A stretch of DNA of 64,000 bases, taken from Bdellovibrionota bacterium (GTDB lineage: Bacteria; Bdellovibrionota; UBA2428). The position numbers were made by a program, and so were the translations under genes. How positions within the stretch are numbered: the stretch's first letter is position 1; every line of letters starts with the position of its first letter. Under the pieces are notes generated by a model. It was not told the origin of the DNA, searched no databases, and was given only the letters and a program-made list of their open reading frames with translations. Shown here piece after piece: positions 19,728-28,197 of the stretch. The stretch lies in contig JBIKUK010000007.1 in the NCBI GenBank assembly GCA_044347615.1, positions 58,285 to 122,284 of the forward strand, written 5' to 3'.

Positions 19728-20945
19728 TCAACTTTGTTTAAAAGAAACTTTCAAAAATTTTCTTTTACCTGCTTTGATGGTGATCTCTTTTTTTCCTTCA
19801 ATCACAAAAGCAGTGTCGATGATTTTTTCTCCATCCACTTGCACTCCGCCTTGAACAATTAATCTTCTCGCTTCAGATAGTGACGTTGCAAGATTCTGTT
19901 CAGCAAGAAGTTTTGTGAGAGGTATTTGTTTTGAATTAATGACAACCTCAGGAATGTTGTCAGGAACAAGTTTACGAGAAAAAACAGCATCGAATTTTTC
20001 AGCAACTTCTTTTGCGGTATCTGAATCGTAAAAGCGATCGACTAGTAAAGCACCCAATCGAGCTTTTGATTCTCGAGGATGCATTTCTTTGATAGACTTC
20101 AAATCTTCGTTCGTTAGCAGTTCGTAGTAACGGTACATCAACTTGTCGCTGATGCTCATGATTTTGCCAAAAATTTCTTCAGGCTTTTCGTTGAGACCAA
20201 TGTAGTTGTTCAACGACTTACTCATTTTTTGAACGCCATCTGTGCCCTCTAGCAAAGGCATGAAAACTGCGACTTGTGGTTCTTGACCGTAGGCTTTTTG
20301 ATATTCTCGGCCCAAAAGTACATTGAATTTCTGATCGCTTCCCCCTAGTTCGACGTCAGCGCGAAGTTGAACAGAGTCAAAGGCCTGCATGATGGGATAG
20401 AGAAATTCATGAAGGGCAATAGAGTGTCCTTCTTTGTATCGCTTTTGAAAATCATCTCGCTCGAGCATGCGAGCTACAGTCATCATGCTTGTGAGTTTGA
20501 GAACATCTTGGATTTTTAAATTGTCAGTCCACTGTGAGTTGAAAACAATTTGAGTTTTGGAAGGATTGAGGATTTTTAAAACTTGATCGGAATAGGTCTT
20601 TGCGTTTTTTAAAACTTCTTCGCGTGTAAGATTTTTGCGTGTTTCAGAACGTCCCGTAGGGTCGCCAATTTGCGCAGTGAAATCTCCAATTAAAAATAGA
20701 ACTTGATGTCCAAGGTCTTGAAAAGTGCGAAGCTTTTCAAGGATAACAGTATGACCTAAATGCAAGTCTGCAGTAGAGGGATCAACTCCCAATTTGATTC
20801 GTAAAGGTTTTGAGTTTTTAAGAGAGCTTTTGAGTTTTGCTAAAAGTTCTGCTTCGGGGATAATTTCAAGTGACCCACGTTTGATCAACTCTAATTGTTT
20901 GAGGGCTTGTTCTTCGACTTGTTTGTCTAAATCTTGGATTGTCAT
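19728..20945 (-). CDS. tyrS: Tyrosine--tRNA ligase
   Basis: [29 protein letters not shown]-terminal S4 domain. Confidence 0.97.
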   Translation of the reverse strand: MTIQDLDKQVEEQALKQLELIKRGSLEIIPEAELLAKLKSSLKNSKPLRIKLGVDPSTADLHLGHTVILEKLRTFQDLGHQVLFLIGDFTAQIGDPTGRSETRKNLTREEVLKNAKTYSDQVLKILNPSKTQIVFNSQWTDNLKIQDVLKLTSMMTVARMLERDDFQKRYKEGHSIALHEFLYPIMQAFDSVQLRADVELGGSDQKFNVLLGREYQKAYGQEPQVAVFMPLLEGTDGVQKMSKSLNNYIGLNEKPEEIFGKIMSISDKLMYRYYELLTNEDLKSIKEMHPRESKARLGALLVDRFYDSDTAKEVAEKFDAVFSRKLVPDNIPEVVINSKQIPLTKLLAEQNLATSLSEARRLIVQGGVQVDGEKIIDTAFVIEGKKEITIKAGKRKFLKVSFKQS

Positions 20946-21007
20946 AATAAAGATGTCCTCTCAAATTTTATCGTATTTTCCATGGCTTTTCATTTATCAA
21001 ACTTATT

Positions 21008-21793
21008 TCATACGGAAGGAAAGCGGGGAATACGTAATCGCTCAATTTTTGTTGCTTTTCCGTTTGTATCGTCGATGTCTACAACTACTCCACAAAGATA
21101 GGGATCATGCTCAGCGGGTTCGAATTTTGCGTGTTTTCGATAAATATAACGATCCAAGATGATTTGTTTTTGTACGCCAATGACTGAATCATAGGGACCG
21201 GTCATGCCCACATCGGTAATAGCGGCCGTTCCCTTTGGAAGGATGCGTTCATCTGCTGTTTGAATATGCGTATGGGTTCCCACAACAGCGCTCACGCGAC
21301 CATCCAAGTGCCAACCCATCGCAACTTTCTCTGAAGAAGCTTCCGCATGAAAATCAACAAAAATAAAAGGTGTTTTCACCTCACTTAAAAGATCGTCCAT
21401 CATTCGAAAAGGGCAATTCAAGGGTTCCATAAACGTGCGGCCTTGCATGTTGATCACTGTGAGGCTTCGTCCATCTTTAAGAGGGAAACTTGTGATCCCT
21501 TTTCCGGGAAGTTCTGCGGGATAATTTGCAGGACGAACCACATAAGGTTCTTCATCAAGAATCACATGGCCATCTTTTTTATCAAAGCTGTGATTACCGC
21601 CCGTGACAACATCCACGCCTGCTTGAACAATTTCAAGGTAGGTTTTGGGAGTCATGCCAGTTCCACCAGCCATGTTTTCAGCATTCGCGATGACAACATC
21701 GGGAGAATATTTTGATTTGAGTCCAGGAAGAAAATCTTTCACCATTTTTCTTCCGGCTTCTCCAAGGATGTCGCCAATAAATAAAATTCTCAC
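21008..21793 (-). CDS. ymdB: YmdB / TIGR00282 metallophosphoesterase
   Basis: ILFIGDILG, NAEN, TGGNH, VDFHAEASSEK, GTHTH, TDVGMTG; downstream of rny. Confidence 0.93.
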   Translation of the reverse strand: MRILFIGDILGEAGRKMVKDFLPGLKSKYSPDVVIANAENMAGGTGMTPKTYLEIVQAGVDVVTGGNHSFDKKDGHVILDEEPYVVRPANYPAELPGKGITSFPLKDGRSLTVINMQGRTFMEPLNCPFRMMDDLLSEVKTPFIFVDFHAEASSEKVAMGWHLDGRVSAVVGTHTHIQTADERILPKGTAAITDVGMTGPYDSVIGVQKQIILDRYIYRKHAKFEPAEHDPYLCGVVVDIDDTNGKATKIERLRIPRFPSV

Positions 21794-21818
21794 GTGAGAA
21801 GCTTATATGAATTGAGCT

Positions 21819-23393
21819 TTACTTAGCAACAGATACCGCTCTTGTTTCGCGGATAACTGTGACTTTAATTTGTCCAGGATACGTCATATCCTGCTCAATT
21901 TTTTTGGCAATTTCGCGAGAGAGTATCACAGCTTGTTCATCGTTGATTTTGCTATTTTCCACCATCACACGAACTTCACGACCTGCGGCTACAGCAAAAG
22001 TACGCTCAACTCCTGGATGCGAGTTTGCTATACGCTCAAGATCTTCAATTCGGCGAACATAGTTCTCAAGTTGTTCACGACGAGCTCCTGGGCGAGCGCC
22101 GCTAATGGCATCTGATCCAATCACCAAGAAGTCGAGCCAGTTTTCGGGCTTAACATCCTCGTGGTGAGCGCGAATAGCATGAACAACTTCGGGGCTTTCA
22201 CCGTATTTTTCGCAAAGATCCGCCCCAATCACAGCATGTGATCCATCCACTTCGTGAGTGAGGGCTTTCCCGATATCGTGCAAGAGTCCTGCTCGACGAG
22301 CTTGTTTCACATCAAGTCCCAATTCAGCAGCCATTAGGCCGCAAAGGTGTCCTGTTTCAATCACATGATAGTACTGGTTTTGGCTGTAGCTAAAACGAAA
22401 TTGAAGTTGGCCCACAAGTTTGATGAGTTCAGGGTGCATGCCAATCAAATTCAACTCGAGGAGAGCTTTTTCTCCGTAATCTTTGATTTGCTTATTTACT
22501 CCGCCTTTTACTTTTTCAACAATTTCTTCGATGCGGGTAGGGTGCACACGACCATCGGCGATGAGTTGTTCAAGAACAGCTTTTCCAATGTGTCGACGAA
22601 CAGGATCAAAGCAACTCACAATCACTGTTTCAGGAGTGTCGTCGATAATGAGATCGCAGCCCGTTGCGGCTTCAATTGCACGGATATTTCGTCCTTCACG
22701 ACCGATGAGTTTTCCTTTCATCTCATCGCTGGGAAGATTCACAGATGAAGTCGTGCGATCGGGAATATAATCACTCGCATAGCGAGAGATCGCGATAGAG
22801 ATCACTCTTTTCGAAAGCTTCTCTGCATCTTCACGAGCCGTTTCTTCAATCGCGCGAATCATTTTGCTACTGGCAATTTTTGCATCTTCTTCGATGCTTT
22901 TAATTAAAGAATCTTTTGCTTCTTTTTGTGTGAGGCCCGCAACTTTCTCTAGCTCTGTTCTGATTTTTTCCAATTCAGAGCGATAATGCTCCTCTGCTTG
23001 TTGAGCCGCTTTTGCTAATCGTTCTTGCTCTTTAGCTGCTTTTTGAGCGCGTTCGTTTGCAATCTCGGTTTTTTCTTTGGATTCTCTTAATTCTTGCTGT
23101 TCGCGTTTGAGATCACGTTCGATGTCTTTGGCTTTTTGATTTGCCCGACGAGTTTCTTCGGCTTGAGCTTCGACAGATTTTTCGTATTTCTTTCGAGCTT
23201 GTTCGACGGCCTCGCGAGAACGTCTTTCGGTTTCGCGTTTAGAGTCTTCAGATTTGTTACGAGCGTCTCGTAACATTTCATCAGCACGAACTTTTGCTTT
23301 TTGGATGATTTGATTTTTTTGGATTTTGAAGAGGATAACCGACAGGGTAAGACCTACGGCTAAACCACCTATTGTAAAAAGGACTAGGCTCAT
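21819..23393 (-). CDS. rny: Ribonuclease Y
   Basis: N-terminal TM helix, coiled coil, KH domain (KGKLIGREGRNIRA), HD domain (LLHDIGK), SGARPGARR. Confidence 0.97.
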   Translation of the reverse strand: MSLVLFTIGGLAVGLTLSVILFKIQKNQIIQKAKVRADEMLRDARNKSEDSKRETERRSREAVEQARKKYEKSVEAQAEETRRANQKAKDIERDLKREQQELRESKEKTEIANERAQKAAKEQERLAKAAQQAEEHYRSELEKIRTELEKVAGLTQKEAKDSLIKSIEEDAKIASSKMIRAIEETAREDAEKLSKRVISIAISRYASDYIPDRTTSSVNLPSDEMKGKLIGREGRNIRAIEAATGCDLIIDDTPETVIVSCFDPVRRHIGKAVLEQLIADGRVHPTRIEEIVEKVKGGVNKQIKDYGEKALLELNLIGMHPELIKLVGQLQFRFSYSQNQYYHVIETGHLCGLMAAELGLDVKQARRAGLLHDIGKALTHEVDGSHAVIGADLCEKYGESPEVVHAIRAHHEDVKPENWLDFLVIGSDAISGARPGARREQLENYVRRIEDLERIANSHPGVERTFAVAAGREVRVMVENSKINDEQAVILSREIAKKIEQDMTYPGQIKVTVIRETRAVSVAK

Positions 23394-23995
23394 TGAAAAA
23401 CCTCATTTCTAATTTTGATCAGTTCATTTTCGGTAAGAACGTAATTAACTTTTTTATCGCCATCATGAAAAAACTCTTCGGGCAATTCATCAAAGAGGCA
23501 GTTGGAATGGATAACTGCGCAAACTATACTCTTGGGGTGTTCTGCGATGTATCGATCATAGAACCCACCTCCGCGGCCTAAGCGATTTCCGAAAACATCG
23601 CAGGCAACAGCGGGAACAAGTATTAAGTCAGCAAATTCTTCTTTTTCCTTGCTCTCGAGAACAAGGGTGCTCAGAGGACCATTCTTTATTTGAGCACTGT
23701 TAAACGGGTGAAAGCTTAAGCGGTCACCAATTATTGAGGGGCCTAAAATTTTGAGGCCGGCATATCCTTTTTGTTTTAAGTAAAATGGAATTTGAACGTG
23801 AATGTCATGCGCTTCACCCCATTCGCCTTTTGAGAAAAAAAGCGCAAGAGAGCGAGGCGTTACCTCATCCATCAGATTCGCAAAGGGACGGTTGGGGATC
23901 GACCAAGAGTCTAGACTTTTAGCTTCTTTCCAAAGTGCTTGGCGAAATTCTTCGACATCTAAATTCTTATAGGAGGACTCTTCGAGAATCCTCAT
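23390..23995 (-). CDS. ygfA: 5-formyltetrahydrofolate cyclo-ligase
   Basis: DLILVPAVACD..GNRLGRGGGFYDRY, HD; SD AAGGAG before ATG 23995; ATGA overlap with rny. Confidence 0.88.
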   Translation of the reverse strand: MRILEESSYKNLDVEEFRQALWKEAKSLDSWSIPNRPFANLMDEVTPRSLALFFSKGEWGEAHDIHVQIPFYLKQKGYAGLKILGPSIIGDRLSFHPFNSAQIKNGPLSTLVLESKEKEEFADLILVPAVACDVFGNRLGRGGGFYDRYIAEHPKSIVCAVIHSNCLFDELPEEFFHDGDKKVNYVLTENELIKIRNEVFQ

Positions 23996-24078
23996 TTCAA
24001 TCTCCTTCCCCGTATTATGGGGTTTTAGTTTCATATAAATTTAACGAGTCATTAGTTGTTTAGTCTTCTTGTGAAAAA

Positions 24079-24423
24079 CTAAACGATGTCGTTCAATTCG
24101 GCTTCGACTCGGCTTAAAAGCCCTTCTGAACACTCGAGAACTTTTTTCTTTAAACTCTTGAGACGCTCACGTTCTTTGAGGAGCTCTTCTCCGAGTGTGT
24201 AGGCTACGAGGACCGCCAGCTGATGTGACGAAATACCTTTTACCTTTGAAGAATACTCTTCAAAGCGCGCTTCTACGAGATCTCGAGTTTGCCGAAGAAG
24301 TGCAGGAGTGGCATCGGTTTTGACTTTAATAGACAAACCGCCCAGCGAAAGCTCTGTCACTTTATTTTGGCCCCTTGGAAGCAAATCTTGCCCCTCGGTC
24401 CACTTATCAGCTTCGGCAGACAT
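24079..24423 (-). CDS. zapA: Cell division protein ZapA
   Basis: Small beta-beta-helix plus coiled coil with LAVLVAYTLGEEL; canonical position upstream of ygfA-rny. Confidence 0.75.
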   Translation of the reverse strand: MSAEADKWTEGQDLLPRGQNKVTELSLGGLSIKVKTDATPALLRQTRDLVEARFEEYSSKVKGISSHQLAVLVAYTLGEELLKERERLKSLKKKVLECSEGLLSRVEAELNDIV

Positions 24424-24516
24424 AATTTAAATATGTCACAGCTTTCCTTGAATTGCACCTTATTCTGCTTGGAAAGCGTATTGACTATGCGCGTCTTCGA
24501 CTTGTTGTTTAAAAAA

Positions 24517-25548
24517 TTAATTCAATCCAACCATGGATTCGGAAAAGTTTTTGGGATCAAAAGACATTAAGTCTTCTTCACCTTCGCCCACGCCTACTTT
24601 TAGAATAGGAAGTTTTAAATCCTGAATCAGGGGAATAACGGCTCCCCCTTTGGCCGAACCATCTAGTTTTGTGAGAATGAGACCTGTCAGTCCTAGTTCA
24701 AGGAACTTCTTTCCTTGGCTCAACATGTTTTGTCCGGTGTTGGCATCTAAAACTAGAATAGTGTCGTGAGGAGAGCCGGGTAGGGCTTTTTCTAAAACAC
24801 GTTTGTTTTTGTTTAGGTTTTCCATCAACTGCTCGTTGTTGTGTAACCTTCCCGCAGAGTCGCAAATCACGAAATCAATATTTTTTGCAATTCCCGATTT
24901 GATGGCATCAAAAAGTACTGAGGAGGAATCAGCTGTGTCCCCACCGGCAACGCAGGGAATATCGAGTCTCTGTGCCCATGCTTTGAGTTGATCGGCAGCA
25001 GCTGCACGAAAAGTATCACCAGCAGCAAGTAAAACACTGTGACCGCGATTTTTTAATTCACGTGCAACTTTTGCAATACTTGTGGTTTTACCAACTCCGT
25101 TGACTCCTACAAAAAGAATCACGTGAGGGTTGTGTTTTTTTTGCGGCCAGTTTTCTTGCTTACTAAAAACAGAAGAGATTTCTCGCGCCAGATCTGTTTG
25201 AAGTTCTCCCCATTCTTTGGAAAAATCAATTTTATCAAGAAGAGTTTGCGAGGCTTTAAAGCCTACATCTGCGCCCAAGAGGGCTTCTTCAAGTTGTGAT
25301 CGATTGATACGCGCTTCTTTAGATCCAAAACTAAACCAACGATCACGAGTTTTTTGAAGAACTTTTTGCCACGGTGAAAGTTTAGAACGCGTTGCTAAAG
25401 TTTCTTTTGATTCGCCCGCAAAATGCTCGGGAAGAGAAGTTGTTTGATCAATCTTTTTTTTGCTTTTTGCGAGTTTAGAAATGAGAAAAACAACAAGAGC
25501 TAAAAGGGATGCTCCCAAAAGAGCTAAAAGACTTGGATCTAATTTCAT
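24517..25548 (-). CDS. ftsY: SRP receptor FtsY with N-terminal membrane anchor
   Basis: GVNGVGKTT, DTFRAAA, DSAGR, TKLDGSAKGG. Start ATG 25548 overlaps the lpdA stop (ATGA). Confidence 0.95.
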   Translation of the reverse strand: MKLDPSLLALLGASLLALVVFLISKLAKSKKKIDQTTSLPEHFAGESKETLATRSKLSPWQKVLQKTRDRWFSFGSKEARINRSQLEEALLGADVGFKASQTLLDKIDFSKEWGELQTDLAREISSVFSKQENWPQKKHNPHVILFVGVNGVGKTTSIAKVARELKNRGHSVLLAAGDTFRAAAADQLKAWAQRLDIPCVAGGDTADSSSVLFDAIKSGIAKNIDFVICDSAGRLHNNEQLMENLNKNKRVLEKALPGSPHDTILVLDANTGQNMLSQGKKFLELGLTGLILTKLDGSAKGGAVIPLIQDLKLPILKVGVGEGEEDLMSFDPKNFSESMVGLN

Positions 25549-26951
25549 ATATGAATCGCGTGGCCAAGAGCTGCCATCGCGGCTTCTTTCATGGCTTCTG
25601 TTAAAGTTGGATGAGGATGGCAAGCGTGCGCCATATCTTCAAGAGTCATGCGTTTATTCATCGCAATCACGGCTTCTCCAATAAGAGTCGAAGCTTGCGC
25701 TCCGATGATGTGTACCCCTAAAATTTTGTGTGTTTGAGAATGTGCAAGAATTTTTATTTTCCCACCGAGTTTACCCATAGCAATAGCTCGACCATTGGCT
25801 AGATAAGGGAAAGATCCTTTGATGTATGAAACGTTTTTGAGTTTGAGTTCTTCTTCAGTGAATCCAATAGAAGCCACTTCAGGATCTGTATAGATCACTC
25901 CTGGGATAAGAGCGTAATTAATTTGACCTTTTTTACCCGCGAGAGTCTCTGCTAAAAGAACGCCTTCTTCCTCTGCTTTGTGGGCAAGCATCGCACCGCC
26001 AATTAAATCTCCAATCGCGTAAACATTTTTAACGTTTGTTTCAAAGCGATCGTTTACAGAAACAAAACCACGCGCATCTTTTGTGATACCCGCTTCTTCA
26101 AGGCCGAGTTCTTCTGTAAAGGGTGAGCGTCCAACGCTCACCAAAACATGGCTGCCTTCGATTGTTTCTTTGGCACCGTCTTTTGTTTCAAGCGTTAATA
26201 GAGCTTTACCTTTTTTATTTTCATAAGCCGTGCATTTTGTGCCGAGCTTGAATTGTAAGCCTTGAGCTTCGAGAGTTTTTTTAAAGTCTCTTACGATTTC
26301 TTGATCCATCGTTGGGAGAAGCGAATCCATAAATTCAATGACAGTTACTTTTGATCCCAATCGAGCCCATACGCTTCCCATTTCAAGTCCGATATATCCG
26401 CCCCCAACAACAAGTAAGTGAGAGGGGACTTCTTCGAAGTTGAGCGCACCCGTAGATGTGACCACTGTTTTTTCATCTACCTTTAGAAAAGGAATTTCAG
26501 TCGGAGCAGATCCAGTTGCAAGAATCACATTTTTTGCCTCAATAGTTTTTAAACTTCCATTGAGATCAATTTGAACTTTATGAAGAGACTCGTCACTTTT
26601 GAGGAGTTTTCCTTTGCCTTCAATACGGGTAACTTTATTTTTTTTGAAAAGCATGTCGATACCGCCTGTGAGGCGTTCGACAACTTTGTTTTTTCTATCC
26701 ATCATTTTTTTGAGATCAAGTTTGATTTTTTCAATCTGAATTCCGTGATCTTTCATGTGAGAAAGCTCATAAAACTTTTCGCTTGAATCGAGAAGGGCTT
26801 TGGAAGGGATGCATCCTACATTTAAGCAAACGCCACCTAAAGTTTTACGGCTTTCAATACACGCAACTTTTAAACCTAATTGAGACGCGCGAATGGCGCT
26901 CACGTATCCACCAGGTCCTGCACCAATCACAACTAGATCGAATGATTCCAT
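25545..26951 (-). CDS. lpdA: Dihydrolipoamide dehydrogenase (E3)
   Basis: GAGPGG, GGVCLNVGCIPSK, HPHPTLTE. Confidence 0.97.
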   Translation of the reverse strand: MESFDLVVIGAGPGGYVSAIRASQLGLKVACIESRKTLGGVCLNVGCIPSKALLDSSEKFYELSHMKDHGIQIEKIKLDLKKMMDRKNKVVERLTGGIDMLFKKNKVTRIEGKGKLLKSDESLHKVQIDLNGSLKTIEAKNVILATGSAPTEIPFLKVDEKTVVTSTGALNFEEVPSHLLVVGGGYIGLEMGSVWARLGSKVTVIEFMDSLLPTMDQEIVRDFKKTLEAQGLQFKLGTKCTAYENKKGKALLTLETKDGAKETIEGSHVLVSVGRSPFTEELGLEEAGITKDARGFVSVNDRFETNVKNVYAIGDLIGGAMLAHKAEEEGVLLAETLAGKKGQINYALIPGVIYTDPEVASIGFTEEELKLKNVSYIKGSFPYLANGRAIAMGKLGGKIKILAHSQTHKILGVHIIGAQASTLIGEAVIAMNKRMTLEDMAHACHPHPTLTEAMKEAAMAALGHAIHI

Positions 26952-27002
26952 CGCAAATAAATTAGCATAAGTAGGGACTATGTCTAAACTTAGAAATTAA
27001 AT

Positions 27003-28175
27003 TTAGAAATCTAAATTTAATTCGGAGGGGTTTTCGAGGCGTTTTTTAATATTCACCAAAAAACTCACCGCCTCTTTGCCATCCACTATTCTGTGGTCAT
27101 AAGAAAGTGCGAGATACATCATGGGGCGAATTTCAACCTTATCGTTCACAACAATAGGACGCTTGACGATGTTGTGCATGCCCAAAATTCCACTTTGTGG
27201 AGGGTTAAGGATAGGTGTGGAAAGAAGACTTCCGTATACTCCACCGTTTGAAATGGTGAAGGTTCCCCCACTCATATCGTCGATGCTGAGTTTGTTGTTT
27301 TTTGCCTTATCGGCAAAAGCTGCGATGCTTTGTTCGATTTGAGCAAAGCTGAGCTTGTCTGCATTGCGAAGGACAGGCACAACGAGTCCACGATCTGTTC
27401 CCACAGCGACGCCCATGTTTACGAAATCTCGCAAAATCATGTCTGTCCCATCAATAGAGGCATTTAAAAGAGGTTGGTCTTTGAGGGCCAAACAACAAGC
27501 GCGAGTGAAAAAAGACATGTAGCCAAGGCCGACTCCATGTTTTTTCTTGAAATCATCTTTGTGTTTTGCGCGAAGTTCACCTACTTGGGTGAGGTCTACT
27601 TCGTTAAAAGTTGTGAGAATCGCAAATTCATTTTGAGCTCGAACAAGATTTTCAGCAATCTTTAAGCGCAAACGTGAAAGAGCTTTGCGTGTTTCACCTG
27701 GAACAAGCTTCTCGGGAACGTGAGGAACTGCAACGCTTTTCGCTGCGGCTTGTGTTGTTGTACTTGTTGAATATGCAGCAGTTGGTGTGCTTGTTGAGAC
27801 TTCCGCTAAAAAAGAATCTTTATCTTTGCGGATATTTCCTGAGCCATTTCCGTTTGAAAGAGTTGAAGTGCTAGATGTTTTTGTAGGAGATGATGCGGGG
27901 CTTGAGGTTGTAGTTGCAGCTCCTGCTTCTACTTTTACAGAGGTATCGATTTTTCCAATCACGCTTCCGACAAGCACGGTTTCTTCTGCAGCTTTTGTGA
28001 TTTCGAGTTTGCCTGAATAAGGAGCGGCGACTTCGACACTGGCTTTATCTGTTTCGATTTCAAGGAGAACTTCTCCAGATCTCACAAGATCTCCCGTGCC
28101 TTTTTTCCAGCTAAGAATTCTTACTTCTTTGATGCTTTCTCCAACTTGGGGTGCAAGAACCGATTCCAAACTCAT
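27003..28175 (-). CDS. sucB: 2-oxoglutarate dehydrogenase E2
   Basis: Lipoyl motif ETDKAS; [10 protein letters not shown]; follows sucA. Confidence 0.96.
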   Translation of the reverse strand: MSLESVLAPQVGESIKEVRILSWKKGTGDLVRSGEVLLEIETDKASVEVAAPYSGKLEITKAAEETVLVGSVIGKIDTSVKVEAGAATTTSSPASSPTKTSSTSTLSNGNGSGNIRKDKDSFLAEVSTSTPTAAYSTSTTTQAAAKSVAVPHVPEKLVPGETRKALSRLRLKIAENLVRAQNEFAILTTFNEVDLTQVGELRAKHKDDFKKKHGVGLGYMSFFTRACCLALKDQPLLNASIDGTDMILRDFVNMGVAVGTDRGLVVPVLRNADKLSFAQIEQSIAAFADKAKNNKLSIDDMSGGTFTISNGGVYGSLLSTPILNPPQSGILGMHNIVKRPIVVNDKVEIRPMMYLALSYDHRIVDGKEAVSFLVNIKKRLENPSELNLDF

Positions 28176-28197
28176 ACTCCTCTTTTAAAACTCTCAA

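Noticed and set aside
25549-25623. N-terminal extension of FtsY given by the ORF track (likewise elbB 5437-5520 and ATPase 14825-14869)
   Set aside because: They overlap neighbouring genes or promoters; downstream ATGs fit coupling, promoter spacing and family N-termini better.
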